Positions 1 through 11,534 of a DNA stretch of 64,000 nt are shown piece after piece; the first letter of the stretch is position 1; each line of letters begins with the position of its first letter. This DNA is from Nemertoderma westbladi. Lineage: Eukaryota; Animalia; Xenacoelomorpha. The stretch lies in assembly GCA_032718475.1 (NCBI GenBank), contig JAUCBJ010007028.1, positions 1 through 64,000 of the forward strand. Reading direction: 5' to 3'. The notes under the pieces are model-generated. The model saw only the letters and a list, made by a program, of their open reading frames with translations. It did not search any database and was not told the origin of the DNA. The position numbers were made by a program, and so were the translations under genes.

Positions 1-54
1 ACGACCCTTTTTAGACTGATTTCATACAGGGGGATCAGTATTGTTACGTTAGGC

Positions 55-572
55 ACGACCCCTTTTAGACTGATTCAGACAGGGAGATCAGTATTGTTAC
101 GCTAGGGCTGCAACCCACCTAGCTCGTATATAAACCATATATATCACACCGCGGCAAGTTACGGTATTTAGGACTGTTAGCAATAGTTAGGATTCGCTGC
201 GCGGGGATTGTTTTCCTGTGAGTTTGGTCTGTTACTGTAACTTTACATCTGCCATACCGGTTAGAGGACAGGTATCCTTTTGTCTAGTTCGTAGGCATTA
301 GACCCGCTCACGTACATAGAATAGACACCAGGCTCTGCTCCTCGCCAGTAGTAGTTTGTGTATTGTATCTGTTTGTTTAGATATCCTGGACTGGGATTTG
401 TTGTCAGATACTGTACGAGCCTGTTTCATTACTAGAGTCTTACAGTAAGATACATTGTTACTAGGATCTGGTAAGCGGTATACTACTGGACTTTACGGTT
501 AGAGATATTCTATAGCTTCATACTAGTAGATTTGTAGGCTGTAGGGTAGTCCCTTCCGTAGAGGACACAACA
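55..572 (+). repeat. Left arm of a ~520-bp inverted repeat (partner 9440-9957); 1-54 is an extra tandem copy of its first ~54 bp
   Basis: Reverse complement of 9440-9957 with scattered substitutions, e.g. gcggcaagttacggtatttaggactg vs cagtcctaaataccgtaacttgccgc. Confidence 0.95.
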
Positions 573-1061
573 CAGTAAGTAAGACTGTTTTCACCAATCA
601 AAATACAAACTATTTACAAAATACTTCTAAATCTACTGGTGGGGCCTAAAATATAAAATAATCACTATCTAATTATTGCATACTTAATATTGCAGGTATG
701 GTGTAAATACAATCTATCATACATACAAAATACAAATTTACCAATTAACTTTAGTGCATAAAATACAAAAAAAGGCTTTCGGTTATCAAGATAAGCAAAT
801 TAAACAAATTAGATCAAAACAACTTAGAACAAATAATTTCAAATCTTTCAATAAATCTTTATATATTGTTAATATACATAATAAATTTACCAAGTTAAAT
901 CAGTCTTATAGAATAAACATAATGCGCTAATAACTTCCAAATAAATCATAAAGTGTCCTCCTGACGAGCTAAAGTTTGTCCTGCTGGTCTAGATATCTTC
1001 ACCTGAGCACTGATCGCTAACGGTAGGCTTGCAAGCCTTCCTTTCTCCATCATCTCGCTCT

Positions 1062-1692
1062 CTACGCTTGTGTCCTTCTGGGCTCCTCAACACTTTCACT
1101 CCTCAACGCCTTCGCCCTTTTATACGTAATCGTTGACTTCGGTCTAGCTGGACTTGGGCTCCTACGTCGAGTTGCCTGCGGTTCTAGAATACCGGGAAAT
1201 GAACGCTTTCGTCCTTCATGGTAACGCAGACATTGGTGGTTTGGGCAACGCGCTAATATCGGCTCGGGGTTCTCCGGGTTCAAGCGCATAGGAATCACGT
1301 TGTCTTGCTCATGCGTACATCCTTCACATTTATAAAACAGTTTATAAATGGAGAACGCTTCCTAGTTTCCGGATCCGCTCCTCGAGCGCGTCTATAAAGA
1401 TCATATCTCTGTGTCTCGGGTCCTCGCAAACGTCACTGGCGTCGCATAACGCATCGTAGGGGTACAACGCTTTGAACTCCACGCGTAACTCCTCCGCTCT
1501 TATGTTATAAGCGTCCAATTGCTGTCGCGTAACGTTAGGATCTGCCTTGGACTTAGAGAGCTTGGCTGTATTCCTAGCCATACTCTCCACTCCAAACACA
1601 TTAAAGTTTTGGCCCCATATCGGTTGAAAGGCGCCTGGTGCTCCTATTCCTGCGTGAATCCCTGATAATAATGTTTCTACTAGAGGAAGCAC
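1062..1692 (-). pseudogene. Remnant accessory ORF 3' of integrase in BEL-1, with a CxxC...CxxH motif
   Basis: ORFs 1342-1692 and 1062-1298. The frame of the latter extends upstream as FYKCEGCTHEQ...RCPNHQCLRYHEG. Confidence 0.55.
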
Positions 1693-1809
1693 AAACAGAG
1701 GTTAGATGTGAGGAGACTTAGAGTTTTGTTGGCTTTTGGCTCAACTTTGCTCTAAAACCCCTACCCATTTGCCTAATGACTTCGGGTTTGCGTGATTTCG
1801 CACTGGCTC

Positions 1810-2525
1810 CTAATCCAAAAAAAAAATGGATTTGACCAATCCACGTCTAGCGATAAATAGCCGTAAGGCTAGGATAAAGGCATTGGTGGTCAAATCTGTC
1901 ACACGCTCTATATGGACAGCTCTGCTGGCCATGCAAGTGAAGATTAATCCCCAACGTTTTACCTGTACCCTTCCGCGTTTCACGATTATAGGTCCAAAAC
2001 AGTCTATCCCCGTCTCAGTGAAAGGGGGTCTAAATGCCTGTACTCTCGCTAGTGGTAGTTCACCCATTTCTTGGTGTCCTATCCTCGCGTGCACCTTCTT
2101 ACAAATAATACAGTTCCGTGTTGTGTTACCGAACTCAGTGCCTTGCTAGGCCTAATCAGTACAAACCTCGATCATAAATGTGATAGGCAGTGATGTCTAC
2201 CCATGTGTTTGAGTTGTACATGTGCGTCCAGTATCATAGCGCGCTGTAATTCATGGTGTTGCGGTATGATGATAGGATACCTAAAGTCTAGTGCAAAGTC
2301 GATGTTTTGGAGTCTGGACTTGTGACAAAGTAATCCCTTATAAATAATCGGACTCCAACTCAAAATCGGTGAAGGCTTGATCTGTTTACCTTGGTTGATC
2401 GCTGTGAATTCTCGTGCGAAATATTGCAATTCATAATGTCTAATGATATCAACTTCACAATGACCAACTTCCTTTAAGGTAAGTCTTCTACGAAAGTCGC
2501 GTTTGCCTCTGGCATATTGTCTCAA
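1810..2525 (-). pseudogene. BEL-1 integrase (HHCC zinc region and N-terminal catalytic core), truncated at ~1815
   Basis: DAHVQLKH...CIICKK motif and RPPFTETGIDCFGP...FTCMASRAVHIE...FIARRG. The frame ends at an A10 run. Confidence 0.9.
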
Positions 2526-2964
2526 ACGTTTGAGCCATGCTAACTTGCAGCACGCGTCAGTCCATGATCTAGTTGGGTTTACTATCCTGTCAACTTAAGT
2601 GTTAGTGACGTCATCAGGTAAGGTATAGTCATAGTGTAGACACTTGTCTGGACTTGGTAGGTCCATGGGCCTTCCGGTAGGTTTGTCTGAGTCCCCAAGT
2701 ATGTCAATCTCCACGGTCTTACCTTTACCGTCCGCATCTAGTGAGTTGACTGGCAGTAACGGTTTCAACTCTACAATGTTAGTGTGTTCCTGTGAGCCTG
2801 TAAGCTTCCTAACCTTAGTTACACGTTTACCGGTAGGTGGTAAGTCAAGTACTTTCTTTGAGTGGAGTGTGATTGCTGTGGCCACACCTTTGTTGTCCAA
2901 AGAAGTCAAATTCGGTAAGTTTCTAATTGTCCGCTCCAATGGGTCTTCTGCTGGAGTGTCTAGT

Positions 2965-3370
2965 AGACAGTCTGGTGAAACGTCCGGTGAACAGTCTGGT
3001 GAGACGTCCGGTGAGACATAGCTTGGAACATCCAGCGAAATGTCTTGTCGTTGGTCCCAAAGAGAGTCAAGCGTAGTTTCTGTCAGAAAGTCTGGTCTAA
3101 AGTCTGGTCTAAAGTCTGGTGGACAGTCTGTCGAGATGTCTGGTGGAAAGTCTGGTGAGACGTCCGGTAGACAATCTGTCGAGAGTTTCATAAAACAATT
3201 TGGTGAGCAATCCGGACAACAATCTGGTGTCGCTTCTGGTGAATAATCTGGCGAGTAATCTGGTGAACAATCCAGCGAAAAGTTTGGTGAAATCTCCCGC
3301 GGAACATCCGGTGAAAGATTCGTACGAGCGTCTGGTCGAGATTCTGGTGAGACTTCTGGCGTAATGTCAG
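2965..3370 (-). repeat. 12-bp degenerate tandem repeat (PDVS/PDCS/PDFR) within BEL-1 pol
   Basis: Repeated tctggtgagacg/tccggtgaacag units. Confidence 0.8.
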
Positions 3371-3559
3371 GTCTAGTGTCCTGTTCATTAGATTTCGTCT
3401 GTCCTTGTTTCCTCTTGACCTTGGCGTTGGCTTTTGCTTTAGATTTGACAACCTTGTCGATTTTTATCTCGGCACCCTCTGGTATGGTATTGGTTGTCGC
3501 ATCGAATAACGGTGGCCATTTGTCTGATGTTTGCTGTTGGAAATCGGGTCATCTAAACC

Positions 3560-4130
3560 AAAAGGATTTATTGTCCGGTTTACAAAAGTCAAGCAGTTGC
3601 ATCCCCCATGACGCGATGTCAGCTGGGTTCAGCATCCCTGGACAGTGACGCCAATCTTGTTTGAGCGACCGGTCTAATATTTCAGGCTTCGTTGTTTATG
3701 TGCCAAAGTACCAACGTCGCATCCGTCCAATATGTGACCTTCAAGTTAGCCTCCAGCTCGCGTTAAACTAGACTGACAATATCGATGGATATCGTCCTGG
3801 CTTGCAGCTCTCCACGAGGTACAGTCATATACTTCAACGGCATTGTTCTAGCCCTTGAAGTAACGAGAGACACTTCGTAGCTGTCCGATGTCATTTGTCG
3901 TCTAAGGTATAAAGTAACCCCCAATCCATCCTTGCTAGCGTTACTAAAGCTGTGAAGCTCTAAATCGGCAGGAAAGGTGGTCTGCAAAGGAAAGTATACC
4001 CTTGGTATGTTATAGTCTTGTAGGAACGTCAGTTGGGCTTCCCAGTCCCTCCATTGCTCAGCTAAATTTTCTGGGATGGGGTTGTCCCATTCTAGTCCAG
4101 CTTGTCAAATGCTGCGGAGTATGATGAGTC
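3560..4130 (-). pseudogene. BEL-1 Pao RNase H/peptidase A17 region joined directly to the pre-RT linker (RT domain missing)
   Basis: LEWDNPIPENLAEQWRDW, LHSFSNASKDG, VPRGELQA and NPADIAS are present. No YxDD RT motif lies between the protease and this region. Confidence 0.8.
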
Positions 4131-4661
4131 ATCCACAGCAACAACCCTTTGGTCTTCAGTAGTCAATACAACCTGGTTTACTGCAAGTAGTTGTAAGTCA
4201 GAGGTCCGTGTGGTTGTGTCCAAATCAGTTACGTCAGTATCAGTTACGTCTGCGCTAGCGACGCAAGTCTGTCGTAGTGCAGTCTGTACAATTGGACCAC
4301 AGGAGTGTGAAGGAGAATTATCTATAGTGTTAGTTAATAAACTACACGTACTCAAAATGTCGTCCTCCTGGTCACTTACATCTAGGGAACGTATTGGTGC
4401 TCTAGTATACCAACCTATGGGAGTTCTACATGCGTAGGGGTTGCCCGCTGCAATAACAGATGGGCGTGTCTCCCATACCTGATGTAAGTTAAACTGGTCT
4501 GTCCCAATCAACATCGCGATTGAGCGATAGTTAACAGGACATTCCGGTATTCCAAGGTGTCGGAAATACTTACGATCTTCCGGTGATTGCTCTGGCACAG
4601 GGCCGAGCAAGTTACTAAAGTCCTTCGTAGCTGCAAAGGTCAAATTTCTTACCGGAAGTAA

Positions 4662-4870
4662 TGAGCGTTCCTCCTTGCTGTGTTCCGCTTTGGAAAGAAG
4701 AGTATCTAAAGTTAGTTTTACTCTCGTCACTGGAATCGCTCTCTTACCATCTTACTGCTCAGTATACTGTAAGCAGCATGCATGGTAAGAGAGCGATTCC
4801 AGTGACGAGAGTAAAACTAACTTTAGACACTCTTCTTTCCAAAGCGGAACACAGCAAGGAGGAGCGCTCA
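4662..4870. repeat. Fold-back inverted duplication (~88-bp arms, ~30-nt spacer) of BEL-1 coding sequence
   Basis: 4662-4750 is the reverse complement of 4782-4870 with 2 mismatches. The same peptide (TRVKLTLDTLLSKAEHSKEERS) is encoded on both strands. Confidence 0.95.
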
Positions 4871-4899
4871 CCTTGACTCATGTCCGTAACCACATCGGC

Positions 4900-7800
4900 T
4901 ACTTGTTCGTCGACATAACTATGCGATGATGCAGAGTCTAAGATAGTGTATATATGCTTGCTCCCTCAGGTTCCGGTAATCTTTATAGGAATCACGCTAA
5001 ACCCTTTTCAATTGGTTCTGTGTGAGGAGTGTTATCGATGGTTGTTCCTACCCGCATGCACGTAGAAAGTGTCGTCTTCCTACTCGTCCTCGTCCGATGA
5101 TCCTGACTGATTCATACAGTCCGTATAAAACGTACGGATCTTATATAGTGCGTTGCATCTAGCCGCTTTATCTGGATGCTCTTGTCAAAAGCATTTGGTC
5201 AGAGTATGACTGGTCATGTGAAGTAACGCGGCATGGTTATGTCCACACTGAGGACATGTATTGTCGCTCGGGCAATCCTTCCGGACGTGTCCTGGCTTCG
5301 TACATCTCCAACAAGAATCCAAAGATTGAATTTGAAGTCTTCTTTCTTCGACTCCTAACTCCCTAAAAGCGCAACATCCACGAAGTTTATGTCTGCTATG
5401 GTTTCTGCCGTTCCGCTCGCAGTATTAGCATCCCACAAAGTCCGCCGGCAACTGTTGTCGTGGCTGCGTGTTGCCGATAGGCGTCAGAACTTTAGAAGTC
5501 TCAGTAGGGGTGGCATAGGTAACTGCTTTCGCGTTCGTCGGAAATGGTTTAGTCCGAGTCGGCGCAGAAATAGCTATCCCTTCCGCCGCGATATGGTGAT
5601 CAGTGTAATTCGATCAAGTCTCTATGACGGCCTCCTGCGAAATCAGTTGGTAGACGTCGGTGAGTTTCAAGAGCCCGCTGGCTTCTTCACGCTGATACTC
5701 GATGCGTTGCCATTCTCGTTGAAGTCAATGATTAAGTCTACCGATTATCCTGATGAGAACCGTCGGTGCGTTAGCGTATTCAAGTTGTCCAATGGACCGT
5801 AAAGTCCCTATAGCGTTCTTGATTTCGTCTGTGAGTCGTAGAAGGTCGATTGGTTTCGAAATGCTGCCTCCGCTGCAGAGGCCTTCGTTAATAGATTTAG
5901 CCATGGCCACGTTACCGCCGTAAATAGAATACAAACGGTCATACGCCAACTCAAAGGCATCTGGAACACCAATAAAGGTTTCCGCTAATCGTTTCGGCTC
6001 ACCAGACAGGACGTGGAGCAAGTAATTAAACTTCTCCATTGAGGTGAAAGCACACTTAGCAATCTGGGACTCTACGTAGTCTACCAATGTACGCCAGTGT
6101 TTTGCGTTGCCAGAGAACTTTGGCGGTTGTTGTGCCGGTAATCCGTGTCTAGCCGCAAACTTCGCAATCTCGCTAACCAAATCTAGCTGTCCGCGTCCCT
6201 GTTCGTTTGCATCGTCCATTCATTCCCTTTTGCGCGTTATCCGTCGGTAGGAAATATTAACGGGATCTTCATCTCAATGGTTCGGAGTCTGTCTAGTCTC
6301 CTGTTCTCTCCTTGGTGGTTGATGTTGTTCAGGTTGTTCTAACTCCACGCTGGTTCGTGATCGAACCGACGGTTGCGCTTCGAGTCGCTCTTCTATCTGA
6401 GCTAGTCGGTCCATTACAGGTTGTATTATTTCGGCGAGTCTGTTGGTGCTAATCGTCTCAGTCGGTTCCAACGTGGGTTTTTGCAAAGATGTTTCTTGTG
6501 GAGGATTGTCAATGTATGGATTTGTCGATCTCTCCTCTCATTTGTAATCCGCTGCCGCTGCCCATCCAGTTTGGAATATTTCCCGTTCCGTCGACTCCGA
6601 GTCACTGGATGAATTGCTGTCGTCCGGATAAGGTGGTTGGCGGGTTTGCGTCCGGCGTATTATTCTTGGTCGAGTTCGTTGTGGTCTGGGATCTACGGCT
6701 CTCCATTGTTCGGTAGGCTCGCAAGCCTTCCACGTAGTCGTAGGTCTCGTTGAACTCGGTTCAATCCTGTGGGTACTACCAACATCCGTCGTCCTTCATT
6801 GTTCGGTAGGCTCGCAAGCCTTCCACAAAGTCGTAGGTCTCGATAAACATTGGGTGAGAGGTCTAGTAAAAACATCAGAGTTAAGTGCTACTGTAGGTTT
6901 ATAAATGACTGGGTTCGCGCAGCACGTCACAGGTTTAACTTGTAATGGTTTACTCACCTGTTTTACCGTCATAAACGCAGGTTCGTCTCTCTCTACAAGT
7001 TAACTACGGCTTACAGTAGGTGGACTACTTATCTTACCTGCGAGAATCGGCGATGAAGTCGCTCGTGGCTGCGGAATTGATTCCGACATAACAAACCTAT
7101 TACCTTGCACGGGTAATATTTCCTTCGGTTTTGCAACCATAACCGGTTTTACTGGAGTCATGGGTTTGAGCATAGGAATAACTTGGGGAAAATGTTGACA
7201 GTAATCCTCGACGAACTCCTCTCCTCGATCTATCGCTCCCACACTTCCTTCCTCGATTCGCTTCTGAATTCCGCAATATCGAGTCTCCATGCGATCCAGG
7301 GCAGACAAGTCATGTCCAGCTCGAGACCTTATAGATCTATATCTTGCGTCGAGTTTGAGGTACTCTTGCGCGTTCGCCGCCTTGCGCGATCTGCAATTTA
7401 GTTCGAACTAGAACTGCATCTCTCTCTCGCGTCGGTTTGCCTCCTGTTGTTGTGCCGCTAATTCTGCTTCCTGAATGGCTAAACGTGATTTTATTTGCCG
7501 TGCCTCCAACTGAGCACGAGCGTCAGATGCCGCTTTCTTCCGCGCTAACTCATCAGCTGCTGCCTGTTGTGCTGCTGCCTCCGCGGCCGCTTCTTGCGCC
7601 AAGTCCTCCTCCAGTCTCCGCATTTCCGAGGCTTTGAATTCGGCTTGAGCCTGGAGTTTTGCAATTCTTGCTTCATCCTCTCTGCGTTGTTTCTCTCCCT
7701 GGATGGCGATCTGTGCCATCTGCCATTGCGCTTTTTCCTCGGCGACTTGTTGTCGGCGTGCGACATCCTGTTGTTTGTGAGTAATTACAGACGCTGTTCT

Positions 7801-8594
7801 ACTAACGTCGCCAACGTCGCTCCGCACACTAACAAATGATCTATCTAGTGGTGGATTTTGGTAGGCTTGCGAGCCTTCCGTAGTAAGAACTTCTGTTGTC
7901 TCTCGCGGTTCGACTTCCAGTTCTTCGATCAGTACGCCGTTTCTGCGAAGAAAATTGGTGAGCGTCTCCAACCTCCCGTCTAGGCAATAAAGTTCTACTT
8001 CCTCTTTGGGTTGTAACAATGCATCCGAAACTGACTCACCTAGCAGTTGGTCGAACTGCTCCTGTTGAGCCAATCTTATTACTGAATTAAACTGGATAAG
8101 GCTTTCTCTCGCACTTACCAACTTATCTATTATCTTTACCTGAGTAAAGTTGTCGCCACGCAACTCTGCAAGTTCGTGTAAACCTTTAAGTTTGTTTATG
8201 GAGGCATGTACCCTACTTTCTATCCTTACCTGTAAGGTGTAGAACTCGTATCTCGACATCGGGGTGGTTAACTCGCGTAAAACGCGAAAACCTTCTCCGA
8301 GGTTTCGAGTAATCTGGGCCATGTGTCCTCCTATACTTCTAATGACATTTTCTTGGCTTCCCGCCAAGCTTACCATGATGACCTGGTCTGCGGGACTGTA
8401 AGTAAATCTTCGATCTTACTGTCGCCACGCATTGCGGCTTCCGGTATTTCTGTTCCGGGTACCGGCGACGCACGCGGTGTGACATTGGTGGAATCTCGGG
8501 TTCTCCTTCTCGGTTCGTCTACTGTCGATCTGTTTGGATTGCACGAGTCATAGTCGGTAGGCGGGTATCGAGTCGAATGGGGTGTGTCACTCAT
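4900..8594 (-). pseudogene. BEL-1 gag (coiled-coil N-terminus, DUF1759-like core, Zn knuckles) and aspartic protease, frameshifted
   Basis: ORFs 8370-8594, 7408-8376, 7000-7308, 6274-6486 and 5725-6219. Motifs CWRCTKPGHVRKDC, CPQCGHNHAALLH and ILDSASSHSY. Confidence 0.85.
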
Positions 8595-9439
8595 GTCTTA
8601 TTATACACGTCAAGTACGGGTAATAAAATGTCAAAGTATCGGAATGTCGAAATGTCAAACTTACCTTGGTATATATATAGCATATATATACCCTAACCGG
8701 CACAAATAAAACTAACAAAGTATATATTAAAATATGTAATAATCTAGCCTACAGGCTAAATTTGTACGAATAAGTGAGAAAACGGTATACATTACCAAAA
8801 TGTAGATCAACAAGTACAAATAATAGGCAAAACAGCAACGTCTAACGGGAAAATAAGTACCAACAACACTACTAATTAGACAGTGAAACCCACAAATTTT
8901 GAGTACTACTGTGCTCTTAAGTTTGAACGACACGAGTCGTAAAACTTACGCTCCTTTGATCTTCCAGTCGTGCAAATTCCCAAATACAAACCGGACGTGG
9001 TTGTTTCGTTTTTCGGCATCGCGGACGAATTTTGTGTCTCCCAAACTTGCGAAAAGCGGTCTAATCCTCAAAGCGGTACAGAAATGAGTCCTTGAGTCCT
9101 GAAAAGCCGAAGGTGAGAGTTTTACTTCTACTCTACGAAAAATCTTCCTAGGTACCGATGCAACTTGGTCTTTAAACCCTATGTACCTTTTCAAGTACCG
9201 AAAAGTAACACCGCACACACACGGCGTAAAACAAATTGCTACAAACTAACTATTGGCTAGTCAAATATTAAATACAAAATAACTAGCTACCCTAAAAGCC
9301 TACTGAAGCAGGGGATGTTCTACAAATTACTAATTTTACTAATTTTAAATTTTAAATATCTCCTACCTTTACAATAGCTAACAATATATTTATCATTTGC
9401 AAATCGCAACTTGCAAATTAAGCAATAAATATACCTCAC

Positions 9440-9957
9440 TGTTGTATCCTCTACAGTAGGGACTATCCTACGGCCTACAAGTCTACTAATATGAAGCTAT
9501 AGAATATATCTAACCGTAAAGTCCAGTAGTATACCGCTTACCAGATCCTAGTAACGATGTATCTTACTGTAAGATCTAGTAATGAAACGGGCTCATACAG
9601 TATCTGACAACAAATCCCAGTCCAGGGTATCTAAACAAACAGATACAATACACAAACTACTACTGGCGAGGAGCAGAGCCTAGTGTCTATTCTATGTACG
9701 TGAGCGGGTCTAATGCCTACAAACTAGACAAAAGGAAACCTGTCCTCTAACCGGTATGGCAGATGTACAGTTACAGTAACAGACCAAACTCACGGGAAAA
9801 CAATCCCCACGCAGCGAATTCTAACTATCGTTGACAGTCCTAAATACCGTAACTTGCCGCGGTGTGATTTATATGGTTTATATATGGGCTAAGTGGGTTA
9901 CAGACCTAGTGTAACAAGACTGATCCCCATCCTAAATCAGTCTAAAGAGGGTCGTGC
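9440..9957 (-). repeat. Right arm of the ~520-bp inverted repeat, upstream of BEL-1 gag
   Basis: Reverse complement of 55-572. Confidence 0.95.
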
Positions 9958-10342
9958 CCAATTTAACGATACCGCTGCTCTAGGCAAACAACGGTTTAAT
10001 AACGAAAATAAAATACTCCCTTTTGCCGTAACTAAATATCAGATCCTAATTTTACAAATACGAATAGTAAATTACAGATAAATTCTGCCTAAAAGTAATC
10101 TAAAGTGCGCTATAACTAGTAGAACTCTAAGGGTAAATGTGTTTTAGGGCTTGTGTGTGTGGGTGTGTTACAATAAAACAATTTTGGTATATATCATTTT
10201 ACTAGGTTTTAGTAATTCTCTGACCAAAACAATACCGTGCGCTAGCTACTAAAATGAGCTAGTCGCGTTTTGTAGAACTTTATACTTACAAATGACGTCA
10301 AAGCTCTCTCCTTCCTATCCACAACTCAACTGGGCACCACGG

Positions 10343-11386
10343 TGTTAGTAACTACACCCGTGATCGGCACAAATACCAGATTCTGGTTGTAAGATAAGAA
10401 ATAGGGATTAATTGCTACCGTACGTTAGCTGATCTGGTATACAAATTTGATTCTAGAACTTTGTTGCTGCGGTAGTTAGCAGCAATACCTAACCAACCAT
10501 ACCAACAATACCAAGGCGCGGTAGGATATTAATAAAACCTCCCTAGGCCAAGCGTTGTGCTGGTAGCAGAAATACTCCTTGCCTGATCAAATAACTAAAT
10601 TCAGGCAGGGGGTGGGGGGTACTAATGTATGCTCTACAAAGCGAACCAGTACCAAACGGTCAGTTTGCGAATTACTAAATTATGGAACATATGCTGTCTG
10701 TACCTAATATGTACTCGCGTACTGACAGACGGCAATAGCTCGCACCAGTGAGGTATACAGGTAACCCAGGGATTCGCACTACTGACAAGGGGGGTCAAGA
10801 AGTGATAACTTAATCAAGAAGTGATAACTAGTAAGGAATAACTAGTAAAGCAAGTGATAACCGAAGGCAAACCAGCCCTTTATATACTAATTCTGGGACA
10901 TAGAATCCGCTAGAACCTTCCAGAGTATTCCATGGCCTCACATTGGAGCAATAAGATGTTCCATGCCCTATGATTGGCCCAACTCATCGTTCCATGTGTT
11001 GTACGCACCTCATTGGTTTATCAATTTGTACCAAATGAAAATAAATTGCCGACTGGGATTCGAACTCGTAACCTATCTGTAATGCAACCAACGCCTTAAC
11101 CATCTGACCACTACGCCACGAGATTAACTACGGGTTTTATGTGTACAAATATGAATAGGCATATTACATTACTGTAACTTAATCAAAATGCGTCGGATTT
11201 TAGAAAGTTTTTACGTTAAACTAAAAATGCTATCTTATAGTGAAATAATTCATTACTAGTGTTTAGCAATGCTATCATTCACTAACTCCCATAAATACCA
11301 TACAGACAGGTAATGGCTGGTGCTAATGTTAACTATAAATAATTAACATTAATGTTGATATACTATTGCAATGGCGTGAGAAAACA
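10343..11386 (-). repeat. Candidate 5' LTR of BEL-1 with promoter
   Basis: TGTT...AACA ends. Minus-strand TATATAAA at ~10879-10886 is preceded by three CCAAT boxes (~10942, 10973, 11012). A TGGTGCCCA PBS-like sequence lies 3 nt after the end. No second copy in the window to confirm. Confidence 0.4.
11047..11117 (-). other. tRNA-derived (SINE-head-like) sequence; not a functional tRNA
   Basis: Minus strand GGCGTAGTGGTCAGATGGTTAAGGCG...GAGTTCGAATCCCAGTCGGCA has A-box and B-box motifs. The acceptor and anticodon stems do not pair properly. Confidence 0.6.
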
Positions 11387-11534
11387 GCTTACCCCCCCCC
11401 CCCCCATCTACATTATTATTCCTACCAAATAAATAAATAACTGCTAAGAAAATTGTTTTAATTTCGTAAGAATCGCAGGTATCGTTTTTTTTAAATTGTC
11501 ATCTTGTTGATTTCAATTTGTTTGAAGATCTGAT

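Larger units (their letters stand above)
1000..11386 (-). mobile_element. BEL/Pao LTR retrotransposon 1, degenerate (RT deleted, integrase truncated)
   Basis: Minus-strand order: gag (PPKFSGN...EKFNYL, DUF1759-like), CCHC knuckles at ~5190-5420, protease ILDSAS at ~4930-4948, Pao RNase H/peptidase A17 region (HSFSNAS, NPADIAS), integrase (PFTETGIDCFGP). Many stops and frameshifts; boundaries approximate. Confidence 0.9.

Noticed and set aside
4662-4870. MITE insertion
   Set aside because: There is no TSD and the arms consist of the element's own coding sequence.
11047-11117. Functional tRNA gene
   Set aside because: The acceptor and anticodon arms do not form.
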